Assembly: GCA_031409275.1 (NCBI GenBank)
Contig: JANNXA010000028.1
Span: 1-64,000, forward strand
Length of the DNA stretch: 64,000 nt
DNA from: Planctomycetota bacterium
Lineage (GTDB): Bacteria > Planctomycetota > B15-G4 > SIAN01
Direction: 5' to 3'
Each line of letters begins with the position of its first letter. The first letter of the stretch is position 1. The position numbers and the translations under genes are program-made. The notes beneath the pieces were generated by a model that searched no databases, had not been told where the DNA came from, and worked only from the letters and a program-made list of their open reading frames with translations. This document shows, in pieces, positions 36,322 through 47,100 of this stretch.

Positions 36322-38400
36322 TCAGCTTCCGGACTCGGGCTTGGAACTGCCGAGCAGCTCGCCGACCAGCGCGTTGGCGTCGTAGACCTGCTTCAGCGCC
36401 AGCAGGATGCCGGCGCTGTGGACCGAGACGGACCGCGCGACGCGCTCGTCGTAGATGAAGTTGCCCGGCAGGCTCTCGATGTTGCCGTCGAAGATGATCC
36501 CGACCAGGCGACCGTCACGGCCGACCACCGGACTGCCGGAGTTGCCGCCGATGATGTCGTTGGTGGAGACGAAGTTGTACGGCGTCGAGAGGTCGAGCTT
36601 GTCGCGCCGGTCGAGCCAGCGCGGGTCGAGGTCGAAGGGAACCTTGCCGTCGAAGGCGGCGTGGCGCTCGAACAGGCCCCAGAAGGTCGTCTTCCACGGG
36701 ACGAGCGTCCCGCCCGCCTCGTAGCCCTTCACCGTGCCGTAGCTCAGTCGCAGCGTGAAGGTGGCATCCGGGGGCAGCGACTTGCCGAAGGCGAGGAAGC
36801 GGGCGCGCGCCAGCGTTTCGCCGTTGGCCGCCTCGACGCTGCTGACCTCGTCCTCGAAGCGCTTGGTCAGCTCGCGCAGGATCGGGTCGATGCGCTTGGC
36901 CAGCGCGATCAGCGGATCGGTCGACGCGTCGAGCGCCGCCTTGCCGCCCTCGAACAGCTTCTTGCGCGCTTCCGGGTCGACCAGCGTCGTGCCGGTGATG
37001 GCGGCCTTCGCGGCTTCGGCGGGCGACTTGCCTTGCAGCGCGGCGACGATGAACGGGTCCGCGGCGCCAAGCTCGCGCGCCGCCGCAGTCAACGTCGCGG
37101 CCAGCAGCGCTTCATCCAGATCGAGGTAGACCGGCGCCTTCGAGAAGAGGCGCAGCTTCAACGCTGGCAGCGAGGCGTCGGTGAAGCCGGCGAGCCGCTC
37201 GCCATTGGGCTTGGTGAGCTCGGTCGCGGCGCGCACCAGCGTCAGCGCCTGCGCGGGCGCGTCGCCGTTGATGCGCGACCAGTACTGCCGATTCGTGAAG
37301 GCGGCAAGTTTCGTGTAGGCGGCGTCGATCGCGGCCGTCGCGGCGTTGAAGTCGGCGAGCGCCTTCGCGTTGCCTTCGAGCTTGCTGCGCAGGAGCGTTT
37401 CCTCGGCACGCTTGCGGCCCATCAACGCCGGATCGTTCAGGCCACCCAACTGTCCGAAGCGCGCCTTGTAGGAGTTCTCCAGGCTGAAGAGGGTCGCCTC
37501 GGCGCGACGGCGCTGCTCTTCACCGCGCTTGCCGAACGCGTTCAACCCATCGATCAGCTCATGCAGGAAGGCGAGCGTGCGCGGGATCGCGACCGCGCGC
37601 TGGAACTCCATCTGCGTTGCGGTCAGCAGGCGGCTGGTGCTGCCGGGGTGGCCCGAAACGAAGACGAGGTCGCCGTCCTGGCAGCCATCCGCGTCCCACT
37701 CGAGCCAGTGCTTGGGCTGGTAGGGCTTGCCATCGACGTAGACCCGGAAGAAGGAGACGTCGAGGTCGAAGCGCGGGAAGGTGAAGTTGTCCGGGTCGCC
37801 GCCGTAGAAGGCCGCCTGCTTCTCGGGGCAGAAGACCAGCCGGATGTCGGTGAAGCGGTCGTAGGAATAGAGCCAGTACTCGCCGCCGCGGTAGAGCGTC
37901 ACGACGTCGCAGCGCTTGCCGCTCGCCTCGCCCGACTCCTTCTCCAGCTTGGCGATCGCCGCCTTGCGCAGCGTGTTGGCCTCCGTCGAGTCCTTGGCGG
38001 CCGCGGCCGCGGCGACGATGCGCGCCGTGACGTCCTCCATCGCGACCAGGACGTTCAGCTCGAGGTCGGGGCAGGCGAGCTCGCCGGCGCGGTCGGCCGC
38101 GGCGAAACCGTGCTTCAGCAGGTCGCGTTCGGCGCTGGAGAGCTTGGCGATCGACTCGGAGCCGACGTGGTGATTGGTCATCACCAGCCCGTCCTTCGAG
38201 ACGAAGGAGCCCGAGCCCCCCGACATGAAGCGCACCGAGGAGAGGCGCAAGTGGTCGATCCACTCGCGGCTCGGCTCGAAGCCGTAGCGCTCCTTCAGCT
38301 GGGCGAGCGGCGGGTTGTCGTAGGTCCACATGCCTTCGTCCGCGCGCGCCGTCGGGGCGAACGCGAGGGCGATGGCGGCGAGCGGCAGGCGCAGGTGCAT
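36322..38400 (-). CDS. S46 family dipeptidyl peptidase (DPP7/DPP11-like)
   Basis: ADEGMW, SGSFVSKDGLVMTNHH, GGDPDNFTFPR, GHPGST, PDATFTLRLSYG, DIIGGNSGSPV, FDGN. Confidence 0.93.
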   Translation of the reverse strand: MHLRLPLAAIALAFAPTARADEGMWTYDNPPLAQLKERYGFEPSREWIDHLRLSSVRFMSGGSGSFVSKDGLVMTNHHVGSESIAKLSSAERDLLKHGFAAADRAGELACPDLELNVLVAMEDVTARIVAAAAAAKDSTEANTLRKAAIAKLEKESGEASGKRCDVVTLYRGGEYWLYSYDRFTDIRLVFCPEKQAAFYGGDPDNFTFPRFDLDVSFFRVYVDGKPYQPKHWLEWDADGCQDGDLVFVSGHPGSTSRLLTATQMEFQRAVAIPRTLAFLHELIDGLNAFGKRGEEQRRRAEATLFSLENSYKARFGQLGGLNDPALMGRKRAEETLLRSKLEGNAKALADFNAATAAIDAAYTKLAAFTNRQYWSRINGDAPAQALTLVRAATELTKPNGERLAGFTDASLPALKLRLFSKAPVYLDLDEALLAATLTAAARELGAADPFIVAALQGKSPAEAAKAAITGTTLVDPEARKKLFEGGKAALDASTDPLIALAKRIDPILRELTKRFEDEVSSVEAANGETLARARFLAFGKSLPPDATFTLRLSYGTVKGYEAGGTLVPWKTTFWGLFERHAAFDGKVPFDLDPRWLDRRDKLDLSTPYNFVSTNDIIGGNSGSPVVGRDGRLVGIIFDGNIESLPGNFIYDERVARSVSVHSAGILLALKQVYDANALVGELLGSSKPESGS

Positions 38401-38844
38401 GACGAGTCCTCGTCCATGGGCGCGCGGGGCGGCGCACCGGAAAAAAATCGGGGCGCGCACTGTACCTCTGCGCCCAATCCAGCCGAATTCACGAAAGCTT
38501 CATCCCGCGCCACGACACGACTGAGCTGGCCGTGGCGATCGTACGCCGCGAAAGGAGTCCACCATGGACGCCCATGCAGAGCGAATCGACAGTGCGCTGC
38601 GGCTCGAAGCGAAGGTCAGTGCGAAGCGGCGCTGGTCGTGGGACGGTTGGGTCCTGCGCGTGACGCGCTGGGTCAGCCGCCCGCACAGCTGGCTCGCCTG
38701 AACGCGGAAGCTCTTACGTCGCCGGGCGAAAAGAGTTCCGCGTCCGGAGCCTGGCTCGGGACCGCTCGCTTCGCCGCCGCGATCCGATAGGAGCTTCGCG
38801 CGACGAGGCGGCGATCGTTCCCTCCGCCGCGCGCGGAGGTCGCC

Positions 38845-39333
38845 ATGCATCGCCCGCCTTTCGGTCCGCGAGCCGCACTGCTGCTGGTCGTGGCGGGCGT
38901 CGCGAGCGCGTGCCAGTCACCGTGTCGCGAGCCCGGTCGCGCTGCGTCGGACCGCCCGGTCGTGAGCGCGACGCTGGCGTCGTCGCCCGACTTCGCGGCG
39001 CTGGAGGCGCGTGCCAACGTCGTCACCCCGCCCGGCTTCGATGCGTTCGTCCTCCTCGCGGGGAATGAACTGACGCTCGAGCTGTGGACCCTGCCCACTT
39101 CCGACCCGACCACGCCTTCCCGCCGCGTCACCAGCGACCGCTACGACATCGACCGCAGCCTCTTCTATTTCCATGGCGACGTCACGATCACCGGCGCTCT
39201 GGCGCCCGCCGCTCCGCCGATGTTGACGATCGTGGCGACGAACGACATCCGCTGCGAAGTGGACGGCGACGAACCGATCGCTGCGACGCTCCTCTCCGTG
39301 CACGGCCGGGTCGAACGCATCGTCGCGCAGTGA
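38845..39333 (+). CDS. Hypothetical lipoprotein
   Basis: GGAGG RBS, lipobox VASAC. Confidence 0.65.
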   Translation: MHRPPFGPRAALLLVVAGVASACQSPCREPGRAASDRPVVSATLASSPDFAALEARANVVTPPGFDAFVLLAGNELTLELWTLPTSDPTTPSRRVTSDRYDIDRSLFYFHGDVTITGALAPAAPPMLTIVATNDIRCEVDGDEPIAATLLSVHGRVERIVAQ

Positions 39334-39382
39334 TCGCGTCGCGCTGCTCCGCAGCACGCACGTGCCCGTATAGTCCCGCGCC

Positions 39383-41050
39383 ATGAATCCAGCGCGCGAC
39401 TCCTGGTACGTCACCACGCCGATCTACTACGTCAACGATCGGCCCCACATCGGCCACTGCTTCACGACGCTGGTCGCCGACGCCTTCGCGCGCTTCGAGC
39501 GGCTCGTGCGCGGGGTCGCGACCCCGACGGCCCCATCCCGCGACGGCGTGCCCGCCTCCGTCTTCTTCCTGACCGGCACCGACGAGCACGCCGACAAGGT
39601 CGTGACCTCGGCGCAGGCGCATCAGACGACGCCGCAGGCGTGGGCCGACAAGAACGCGATCGAGTTCGAGAAGGCGTTCGCGGCGATGGGCATCGCCAAC
39701 GACGACTTCATCCGCACGACCGAGGCGCGCCACAAGGAGAAGGTGCCGCGCTACATCGAGAAGATGATCGAGCGCGGCGACGTCTACCGCGGCGAGTACA
39801 CCGGCTGGTACGACGTCGGCCAGGAGGAATACGTCACCGAGACCGCGGCGAAGGAGCACGCCTTCAAGAGCGCGGTGAACGGCAAGCCGCTCGAGAAGCG
39901 GACCGAGCCGTGCTGGTTCTTCCGTCTCTCGAAGTTCGCGCAGCCGCTGCAGCAGCACCTCGAAGCCAACCCGCGCTTCGTGCAGCCCGACGCACGCCGC
40001 GCCGAAGTCTTGGGCCGCATCAAGCTCGGCCTGAACGACGTGCCGATCAGCCGTCCGGTCGGCGATGACCCGGCGACACAGTGGGGCGTTCGCATGCCGG
40101 GCGACCCGAAGAGCCGCGTCTACGTCTGGATCGACGCGCTGTTCAACTACCTCACCGCGGTCGACACGCCGCAGCGCCGCCACTTGTGGCCGCCGGCCGT
40201 GCAACTGCTCGGCAAGGACATCCTCTGGTTCCACGCGGTGATCTGGCCGGCGCTGCTGCTCAGCATCGGCGAGCCGCTGCCCGGCTCGATCTGGAGCCAC
40301 GGCTGGTGGCTCTCCGAAGGCCAGAAGATGAGCAAGTCGCTTGGCAACTTCATCGCCATCGAGCAGCTCGCGGCCTACGCCAGTCGCTACTCGCTCGACG
40401 CGCTGCGCTGGTACCTGCTGACGCAGGGGCCGCTTGGCGCCAACGACGCCGACTTCGTCCACGCCAAGTTCGTCGAGGTCTTCAACGCCGACCTCGCCAA
40501 CGGCATCGGCAACTGCACCAGTCGCGTCGGCAACATGATCAGCAAGTACTTCGACGGCAAGCTGCCGATCGACGCGTCCGCTGCGGCGAAGCAGGGGCCC
40601 GCCGTGGCGGGTTACGACTGGCCGCAGATCGTCGCGGCGGCCGTCGCGAAGGCGACCACCGCGCATGCGGCGCTCGACCTTCCGGGCGCGCTGGCACCGG
40701 CCGGCGAGCTGGTGAAAGCGGTCGATGGCTACATCAACGTCACGCAGCCCTTCAAGGTCGCCAAGCTCGCGCCCACCGATCCGGCCAAGCGCGCGGAGCT
40801 TGCGGTGATCCTCGCCAACTGCGCCGAAGCGCTGCGCGTCGCGGTCTTGCTGCTGTCGCCCGCGATGCCCGGCAAGGCGGCGCAAGTGCTGAGAGAGTGG
40901 TCGTGCGCGCCGAGCGCGGGCGTGCCGCTCGCGGAGCTTGCGCGTCTGGATGGACCGCACTCGCTGCGCGCAGGAACGGCGATCGCGAAAGGCGAGATCC
41001 TGTTCCAGCGCGTCGATCCGGCGGAAGCGGCGCCGCTCGCGACGGCCTGA
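39383..41050 (+). CDS. metG: Methionine--tRNA ligase (short form)
   Basis: YVTTPIYYVN, PHIGH, TGTDEH, DDFIRTT, YVWIDAL, GKDILWFHA, KMSKS. Confidence 0.96.
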   Translation: MNPARDSWYVTTPIYYVNDRPHIGHCFTTLVADAFARFERLVRGVATPTAPSRDGVPASVFFLTGTDEHADKVVTSAQAHQTTPQAWADKNAIEFEKAFAAMGIANDDFIRTTEARHKEKVPRYIEKMIERGDVYRGEYTGWYDVGQEEYVTETAAKEHAFKSAVNGKPLEKRTEPCWFFRLSKFAQPLQQHLEANPRFVQPDARRAEVLGRIKLGLNDVPISRPVGDDPATQWGVRMPGDPKSRVYVWIDALFNYLTAVDTPQRRHLWPPAVQLLGKDILWFHAVIWPALLLSIGEPLPGSIWSHGWWLSEGQKMSKSLGNFIAIEQLAAYASRYSLDALRWYLLTQGPLGANDADFVHAKFVEVFNADLANGIGNCTSRVGNMISKYFDGKLPIDASAAAKQGPAVAGYDWPQIVAAAVAKATTAHAALDLPGALAPAGELVKAVDGYINVTQPFKVAKLAPTDPAKRAELAVILANCAEALRVAVLLLSPAMPGKAAQVLREWSCAPSAGVPLAELARLDGPHSLRAGTAIAKGEILFQRVDPAEAAPLATA

Positions 41051-41492
41051 CCGCAGCGACTGTCACTTGCGCTTCATGCTCCGTCGCGCGACGAAGGAAC
41101 CGCTGCACAGGTTCCATCGATTCGTGCCACGGTTTCGTCCGCACTGCTGACAGCCGACGCGCGCGAGCGCGAGCGGTAGCGATCGCTCCCGGAGCGCGCG
41201 TCGCGTCGCCGCGACCATTGGTTACCGATGTGGCGAGCCCCCGTACGCTTTCGTTGCGAGGGCGTGTCATCCGCGTCGCAATGACGACACGCTCGCGCGG
41301 GGTGGCTCTTCGTGGTGAGCCGTACTGGCGGCCGCGTGACTTTGGTTGCTTGGTGCAGCTGAAGGCGTGGTACTCGGACATCACGGCGGGCAAACCGGCG
41401 CGAGCGTGTCGCCGCTGCGACGGACGACGCAACCGCGAACATCGCGATCGAGACGGGGCGCGCCACACCGCCGTCTCGAGTCTGCTTGCGGG

Positions 41493-41537
41493 GACTGAGC
41501 TGGCCGCCGAGTGCCGCGCGGCCAGCTCGGTCTTTTT
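41493..41537 (+). terminator. Rho-independent terminator-like hairpin
   Basis: GACTGAGCTGGCCGC / GCGGCCAGCTCGGTC stem followed by TTTTT. Confidence 0.75.
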
Positions 41538-41546
41538 CCATGGTCG

Positions 41547-44033
41547 TCAGCTGCCAATGGTCATCTCGGCGCCGTTGCTGAGCGCGAGCTTCTGCAGCGC
41601 GGCAGGGTCGGCGATCACGGCCTGGAAGTCGACGATCACGCCGACCAGTGCCGGATCGGCTGGCAGCGTGTCGGTCACCACGACGTCACCATCGCCGCTC
41701 GCGCCGGGCGTTCCGTCCAGCACCAGCGGAACGATGACCCACGGCGTCGCCACCAGCAGTTGCCCGCCGACGAAGGGCGTGCTGGCGCGCGCGAAGCCGA
41801 GGATCAGCAGCGCGGCCGCGCCGCCGCGGCCGTTCCCGATCGTCAGCGTCACGTCGTCGTCGAGGTTCGGCGAGCCGCTCAGCGTCGCGGTCGGCACCAG
41901 GCCGCCGGTGCCGGCGGTGCCGCTGCCATAGGTCGTGAAGCCGCCGATCGCCGGCGGATCGAGGTTGCCGCTCGCGACCATCGCGTACGACTGCGCCGAG
42001 CTCGACGCGATGTTGTTGGCGCGCACGGTGACGGCGTACCAGCCAAGCGGCGGCGTTTGCAGGCGCACGCGCTCGACGTTGTTCAGCGGATCGGTGCTGC
42101 CGCCGGTGGTGGAGAAGCCGCCGCTGAAGACGTTGCCGCGATAGAGCGTGCCGTTGGGCGTCACGACTTCGAGGTCGAGGTCGTTCACCACCGGGCTGCT
42201 CGAGTTCAGCGTGCCGGGGGCGTCAGGGAAGACGAGGCAGAGGTTCAGCTCCGAGGTGTTGGCGTAGACGTTGATCCACTCGGTGCGCTCGTCGCCGGAA
42301 CTCGAGAACGCGCCGGCGCTGCCTGGATCGGTGACCCACAGCTTGCGCGCGTCGCCTGCGAAGTAGAGCGAGTGGTCGAGCAGCAGGCGTCCCCAGCCTT
42401 CGATGTTCGTCGGGTAGCCCGATTCGCCCGCCATGTCGCGACCGGAGTTGATCAGCACCGCCTTCAGCAGCGAGCCGGACGGTGCGAAGGCGTCGACCGC
42501 GTTCGCTGCGCCGCTCGGCCAGTAACCCGCCTCGAAGTAGCTCTTGGTCAACGCGGCGGCGCCCGCGATCGCGGGGCACGCCATGCTCGTCCCGCTCATC
42601 GAGGTGGTCGAGCAGCTGCGACCGTCATTCACCGATTGGATGTTGCAGCCGGGCGCGAAGAGTTCCGGCTTGCGTCGACCATCGGCCGTCGGGCCCGCGC
42701 CCGCGGTGCAGTGGCGTCCCTCGTTGGGGGACTGCTCGGTGGCGCCGACCGCCAGCACGTTTTTGGCGTTCTCCGGGTTCTTCAGCAACGAGCCGTTGCT
42801 GACCGCGAAGCAGATCAGCGTCTCCTGGTGTTCCCACATCATCGCGTCGATGTCGACGCACCACGCGTTGTAGGCGGTCGTGAAGTCGTCGCCCCACGAG
42901 TTGGTGAAGATGGTCGCGCCGTCGCTGTAGAGCTCTTCGAGCTTCGACTTGAAGTTGCTGCTGTTGACGAGGCTGTCGTTGGTGTGGGCGAGGCGCGCGT
43001 GGTACGCCGTCCCGTTTCCGCCGAGCACGCCGTTGATCGGCTCCTGGTCGCCGGCCGCGCTGCCCGCGGTGTGGGTGCCGTGGCTGTCGGAGTTCGTGTA
43101 GCTGCCGTGGTGCGAGACGACCTTTCGGTGCGTCGGATCGGGCGCGCTGACCGCGGGATCGTTGAACCAGCAGGCCGCGAGATCGAGCGCGCCATCGATG
43201 TGTCCGATGATCACGCCATCGCCCAGCACGCCATTCGCCCACACGGGCGTGCTGCCGCTGACATCGCTCTGGATCACCCAGGTCGTCGTGTCGTTGGGGA
43301 GCGGGGCGAGCGGAGCCGCCATGCCCGCTGCGGTGGATGCGAGCGGCACCGCGCCGCGCCGCACCAGTTGCGAGAGCGGCGCGATCCACTGCACGTCGCG
43401 CACATGCGCCAGCGCCGTCAAGCGGTTGGCCGGCAGTCGCGCCAGCAGGCGCGTGCGAAACCCGGCGTCGGGCTCGTCGAGCTCGACCCCCAGCTCGACC
43501 AGCTCGCGCGTCGCGGTCGCCGAGTCGCAGCCGCGGAAGAGCTCGATCAACACCTCGAGCGGTGCGTCGCCGGCCGATGCGGCACCGGCCAGCAGATCGA
43601 GGTCGATGCGGTAGGCCGGCTGAAACGGCACGAGCGCGCGCACTCGTGGCCAACTCGCGAATGCCGGCAGCGCCGCGGCTGGCGTGCGCACGAGGTAGGC
43701 GTTGTTCGGGACGTAGGCGATCGCCTCGACCCCGAGCTCCGCGAGCGTCGCGCGATCGGCCGGCGTGACGCGGTCGATGAACTGCACCACGAAGTAGTCG
43801 GAGTAGAGACCGTTGGCGGAGTCGACGGCCGCCGCCCGCTGCTCCTCGCGGCTCCAGGTCAGCGCCTCGGGCAGTGTCGGCACTTCGACTCGCGGATCGA
43901 ACTCGGCCGCGTGCAGCAGGAGCAATCGCGGGTCGCGCAGCTTCGTCGCCATGTCCGACTGCGGAGCCGCCCAGGGCAGCAACGCCGCCATGGTGGCCAG
44001 CAGGCGATTCGTGGGTGGTGAAGCGAGTCGCAT
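41547..44033 (-). CDS. S8 (subtilisin, Kp43-like) serine peptidase, exported, with C-terminal accessory domains
   Basis: Triad motifs IGHIDG, HGTHTAG, SGTSMACP; GRRKPE, LLKAVLINS, NDLDLEV, NNVERV. Confidence 0.92.
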   Translation of the reverse strand: MRLASPPTNRLLATMAALLPWAAPQSDMATKLRDPRLLLLHAAEFDPRVEVPTLPEALTWSREEQRAAAVDSANGLYSDYFVVQFIDRVTPADRATLAELGVEAIAYVPNNAYLVRTPAAALPAFASWPRVRALVPFQPAYRIDLDLLAGAASAGDAPLEVLIELFRGCDSATATRELVELGVELDEPDAGFRTRLLARLPANRLTALAHVRDVQWIAPLSQLVRRGAVPLASTAAGMAAPLAPLPNDTTTWVIQSDVSGSTPVWANGVLGDGVIIGHIDGALDLAACWFNDPAVSAPDPTHRKVVSHHGSYTNSDSHGTHTAGSAAGDQEPINGVLGGNGTAYHARLAHTNDSLVNSSNFKSKLEELYSDGATIFTNSWGDDFTTAYNAWCVDIDAMMWEHQETLICFAVSNGSLLKNPENAKNVLAVGATEQSPNEGRHCTAGAGPTADGRRKPELFAPGCNIQSVNDGRSCSTTSMSGTSMACPAIAGAAALTKSYFEAGYWPSGAANAVDAFAPSGSLLKAVLINSGRDMAGESGYPTNIEGWGRLLLDHSLYFAGDARKLWVTDPGSAGAFSSSGDERTEWINVYANTSELNLCLVFPDAPGTLNSSSPVVNDLDLEVVTPNGTLYRGNVFSGGFSTTGGSTDPLNNVERVRLQTPPLGWYAVTVRANNIASSSAQSYAMVASGNLDPPAIGGFTTYGSGTAGTGGLVPTATLSGSPNLDDDVTLTIGNGRGGAAALLILGFARASTPFVGGQLLVATPWVIVPLVLDGTPGASGDGDVVVTDTLPADPALVGVIVDFQAVIADPAALQKLALSNGAEMTIGS

Positions 44034-44133
44034 GCGATTCTCCGGTGTGACGTCACGACTCAGCAGACCGCGCCAGCCGCGAAGCGCAAGGAGTCGCTGG
44101 ATCGGCGTCGTCGCGCGCGGTAGTCCCTTCGCC

Positions 44134-47100
44134 ATGAGTACCACCGTCGCACTCCTCGTCGCGGTCGCAGCTTTCGCGCAGCAGCGGATCCCGCTGAACG
44201 GCCCATGGGAGATCGCGCCCGAGCCGGCTGCGGCCGCCACTGCAACCGCCGGCACCAGGAGCGCACCACCGCCTCGCTACGACCAGACCGTGACAGTGCC
44301 GAGCGCCTTCGAGACCGCGCTCGGCGTCGACTTCGATGGCGTCGCGTGGTTGCGCCGGACGTTGCCGTTGACGGAAGAGCAGCGGGGCGCGCGGGTGCGG
44401 GTCGAGTTCGCGGCGGCGGCGACGGCGGCGCGCGTGCTCGTCAACGGCGTCGAAGTCGGGCGACACCTCGGCGGCTGGACACCCTTTGCCTTCGAGCTCA
44501 CGGCGGCGCGCGCGGCGGATGGTTCGCCTGCGCTGCGCTTCGACGGCAGCGACGTGCTGGAGGTCGAGCTCGACGAGAAGGTCGGCCACAACACGCAAGG
44601 CTTCCTGCCGATCATCCAGCCGCACTTCGGCGGGATCTGGCAGGACGTGACGATGTGTGTCGATCGCGGGCCGACCATCGATCGCGCGGAACTGTGGAGC
44701 TTCGGCAAGTACGACCCGACGAGCGGCGGTGGTGAGCTGACCGTGCGCGTGCCGTGGCGTGCGGGGCGCGCGACGGAGGGCGAGCGGGCACCGGCGTCGA
44801 TTGCGGTCGAGCTGTTCGACGACCAGAAGCCGTTGGCGAAAGAGGTCGTGATCGTCAGCGAGGGCGGCTCGCGCGAGCGGCTCCGCTCCGGCAGCGGTCT
44901 CGTCGCGCCCGACGGCAGCGTCGAGATTCGGCTGCCGCTCGCCAGGGTGGGACCGTGGAGGCCGGGGCTCGCGACGCTCTATCGGCTGCGCGCGCAGCTG
45001 CTCGATGCGAAGGGCACGGTGCTCGACCAGGCGGAGCGCAACGTGGGCTTCCGGTCGCTCGCCGTCGACGGCACGACGATCCTCTGGAACGGTGCGCCGC
45101 TGCAGGTGCGCGGGCTGCTGCACTGGGGCTACTCGCCGCCACACCTCGCGCCGCCGACCGAACGCGCGTACTGGCGCGAGCAGCTCGAAGCGCTCCGCGC
45201 GATGGGCTTCAACACGCTCAAGTGCTGCCTCTGGGTGCCGCCGAGCTGCGTCTACGAGCTGTGCGACGAGATGGGGATCCTGGTCTGGCAGGAGTACCCG
45301 ACCTGGCACCCGCAGATGGACGAGGCGCATCGTGCGGAGCTGCGGCGCGAGTACGAGGAGTTCTTCGCGCACGACGGCCGCCACGCGTGCGTCGCGTTCC
45401 GCTCCATCACTTGCGAGACCGGCCAGAGCGCCGAGCTCGCGGTCGTGAAGGAGCTCTTCGAGGCATGCAAGGCGGCGGTGCCCGACACGCTGGTGGTCGA
45501 CGATTCGAGCTGGATCGGCTGGCAGCGCATCACCGACTTCTGGGACGAGCACCCGTATGGCAACCACCGCTGGTGGCCGCAGCGCCTCGCCGACTTCGCG
45601 CAACACCAGATCGAGAAAGGGAAGAAGCCGCTGCTGCTCGGCGAATGCATGGCGGGAGACACGTGGGCCGATCGCGCGGCGTGGGATGCGCGATGGGGCG
45701 CCGAGGAGCAGGCGACCGGGAAGAAATGGTGGCGCCCCGACTGCTACGAAGCGCAGGCCAACTTCGAAGAGTGGCTGACGGAGGAGTGCGGTGCCGAGAC
45801 GGTCGCGTCGCTGCTGCCGACATCGCTCGAGACGGCCCTCGAGGCACGCAAGTACCAGATCGAGACGCTGCGCGCGACGCTGCCCGATGCGGGCTACGTG
45901 GTGTCGGTGGCGCGCGACTTCGCGAAGGCGCGGATGGGGCTGTGGGATGACCTGGGGCGGCCGAAGTGGCCGTTGTCGAAGAACTCCGGTGTCGGTGACG
46001 CATGGAGTTGGCACGGCGACACCATGCTGTCGTTGCGCACTCACGGGGAGCGGCGGGGGTTCGTCGACCGGATCGAACTGCCGGTGGTTGCGACCATCTT
46101 TCGGCCCGCGTTCCAGCCCGACCTCCCGCAACGGGACGCGCACAAGTGGAACCGGTGGGATCTGCGAGTCTCCGCACGACTGGACGGAGGACGCATGGAG
46201 TCGGCGAACTGGGCCAAGGGAGTGATCGAGTACGACCCGCCGACGGCCGCGCCTCCGGTCACGCTCGGCATTGCACCGTCGACCAGCACGACACCCCGCG
46301 TCTGGGTCGTCGAGGCATCGCTGTCTCATCGTGTGTCAGACGAATTCAAGGCGATGTTCGGTCGGCGTTACAGGTCAGTGAACGACCAGAACTCCTGGCG
46401 CCTCTGGCAGCTCCCGCCCTTCCCCTCCACCCTCCCGCCTTCCGTCCGCGAAGTCGACCATCTCGACGCCGCCACCCTCGACTTCCTCGAACAAGGAGGC
46501 CGCGTGCTGCTCAAGGTCGCCGGCGCCAAGCACACGCTGAAGAGCGACGGCATGTGGTGGCTGCGCGGCGCGCCGTTCACGCCACCGCATCCGGTCCACG
46601 CCACCGTCCCCGCCGACATGCTGCGCGAGCTGCAGCCGTTCGACCTCGACGGCGAGCGGGTGATGCCGTGGACGGTGCTGCGCGGCCAGGTCGATCCGAT
46701 CCTCGCCTTCTGGGAGACGCACGACATCGCCGAGGTGCGAGCTCACCTCTTCGCCTTCGACACGCGCGTCGGCAAGGGCCGGCTGCTGGCGAGCTGCCTC
46801 GACACGACCAGCGACGCCGGCCGCTACGTCCGCAGCGCCTTCGCTCGCCACCTCGCCGACGGTCCGGCGCCCAAGCGCGAGCTCGCCCCCGCGACGATCG
46901 CCGCGCTGCGTGGCCTCTTCGCCGAGCAGCGGCTCGACCTGCCGACCTGGCGTTTCACCATGGACCCTGACGATCAGGGGCTTGCCGCCGGCTACGCACA
47001 GCCGAGCTTCGATGTCGCGAAGTGGCGCGACATGCAGGCCGGCTCGCACTGGGAGAACCACGGCGACGACGTGAAGCATTACACCGGCATCGCGTGGTAC

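Noticed and set aside
41388..41440. c-di-GMP-I riboswitch-like GGGCAAACC...GACGCAA
   Set aside because: The P2 stem does not pair properly, the GCAAAGC motif is absent, and there is no downstream same-strand gene.
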